Shown piece by piece: positions 23,880 through 24,000 of a stretch of 24,000 nucleotides of DNA. The stretch comes from Actinomycetales bacterium. Its GTDB lineage: Bacteria; Actinomycetota; Actinomycetes; Acidothermales; Acidothermaceae. Below the pieces are notes generated by a model, which made no database searches, was not told where the DNA came from, and saw only the letters and a program-made list of their open reading frames with translations. The position numbers and the translations under genes are program-made. The stretch covers positions 101,607 through 125,606 of the forward strand of contig JBDZVM010000006.1 in NCBI GenBank assembly GCA_040255675.1. Reading direction: 5' to 3'. Position 1 is the first letter of the stretch. Each line of letters begins with the position of its first letter.

Positions 23880-24000
23880 TCAATCCTGTCGCGGCGAGGC
23901 GGCCGGCGATCGGTCCGAAACCTCCCCCCGAGGGCAACTCGCGAATCCCACCACAGATCCCGGAGGGATCCTGAGAGGCAACCTACCGCCGTCGCGACGC

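Noticed and set aside
23956-23970. The inverted repeat GATCCC-GGA-GGGATC about 80 bp upstream of glgX, considered as a possible operator.
   Set aside because: The arms are only 6 bp, there is no second copy, and it sits at the window edge without context. That is insufficient to claim a regulatory site.
1-24000. A search for CRISPR arrays, tRNA/rRNA genes, IS elements, integrases, toxin-antitoxin pairs and known defence-system hallmark genes (large ATPases, nucleases, reverse transcriptases, TIR/SIR2 domains).
   Set aside because: None was recognised. The intergenic gaps are short (at most about 160 bp) and lack tRNA-like or repeat-spacer structure. Every long ORF is accounted for by housekeeping or repair functions. 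The low-GC patches have no recognisable flanking direct repeats or recombinase genes.

Overview
This is a high-GC actinobacterial chromosome segment; hand-counted 120-nt samples give about 68-73% GC in backbone genes. I call 23 protein-coding genes. I recognised no rRNA, tRNA, CRISPR array, IS element or transposase.

Backbone:
- A partial sensory protein is translationally coupled to a HisKA_3 histidine kinase.
- The coproporphyrin-dependent haem cluster is present (hemE, hemY/cgoX, hemQ/chdC) with a DUF3000 gene, msrB and an Rv2671-like RibD-C reductase. From memory, this is the same neighbourhood as M. tuberculosis Rv2671-Rv2680.
- A very tightly packed glgX(treX)-treY-treZ trehalose operon follows.

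Accessory material interleaved with the backbone:
- Two tandem paralogous LuxR-HTH regulators sit in a clearly lower-GC patch (about 51-53%).
- An EamA transporter lies between DUF3000 and hemE.
- A DUF4349 lipoprotein is wedged antisense between hemE and hemY.
- An acyltransferase-3 membrane protein follows hemQ.
- A DNA-transaction cluster contains a stand-alone LigD-type primase-polymerase (Prim-PolC-like), a ROK protein co-transcribed with an ATP-dependent ligase (LigC-like), and, head-to-head with the ligase, a C5 cytosine methyltransferase plus Vsr endonuclease with no restriction enzyme.
- A small GlsB/YeaQ/YmgE membrane protein is inserted between treY and treZ.

I do not see a clear-cut new multi-gene defence system. 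The best candidate for something undescribed is the MTase-Vsr / LigC / Prim-Pol juxtaposition, which could be a self-contained nick-fill-seal patch-repair module. The LuxR-pair island next to a receiver-less kinase comes second. Both are inferences, not demonstrations.
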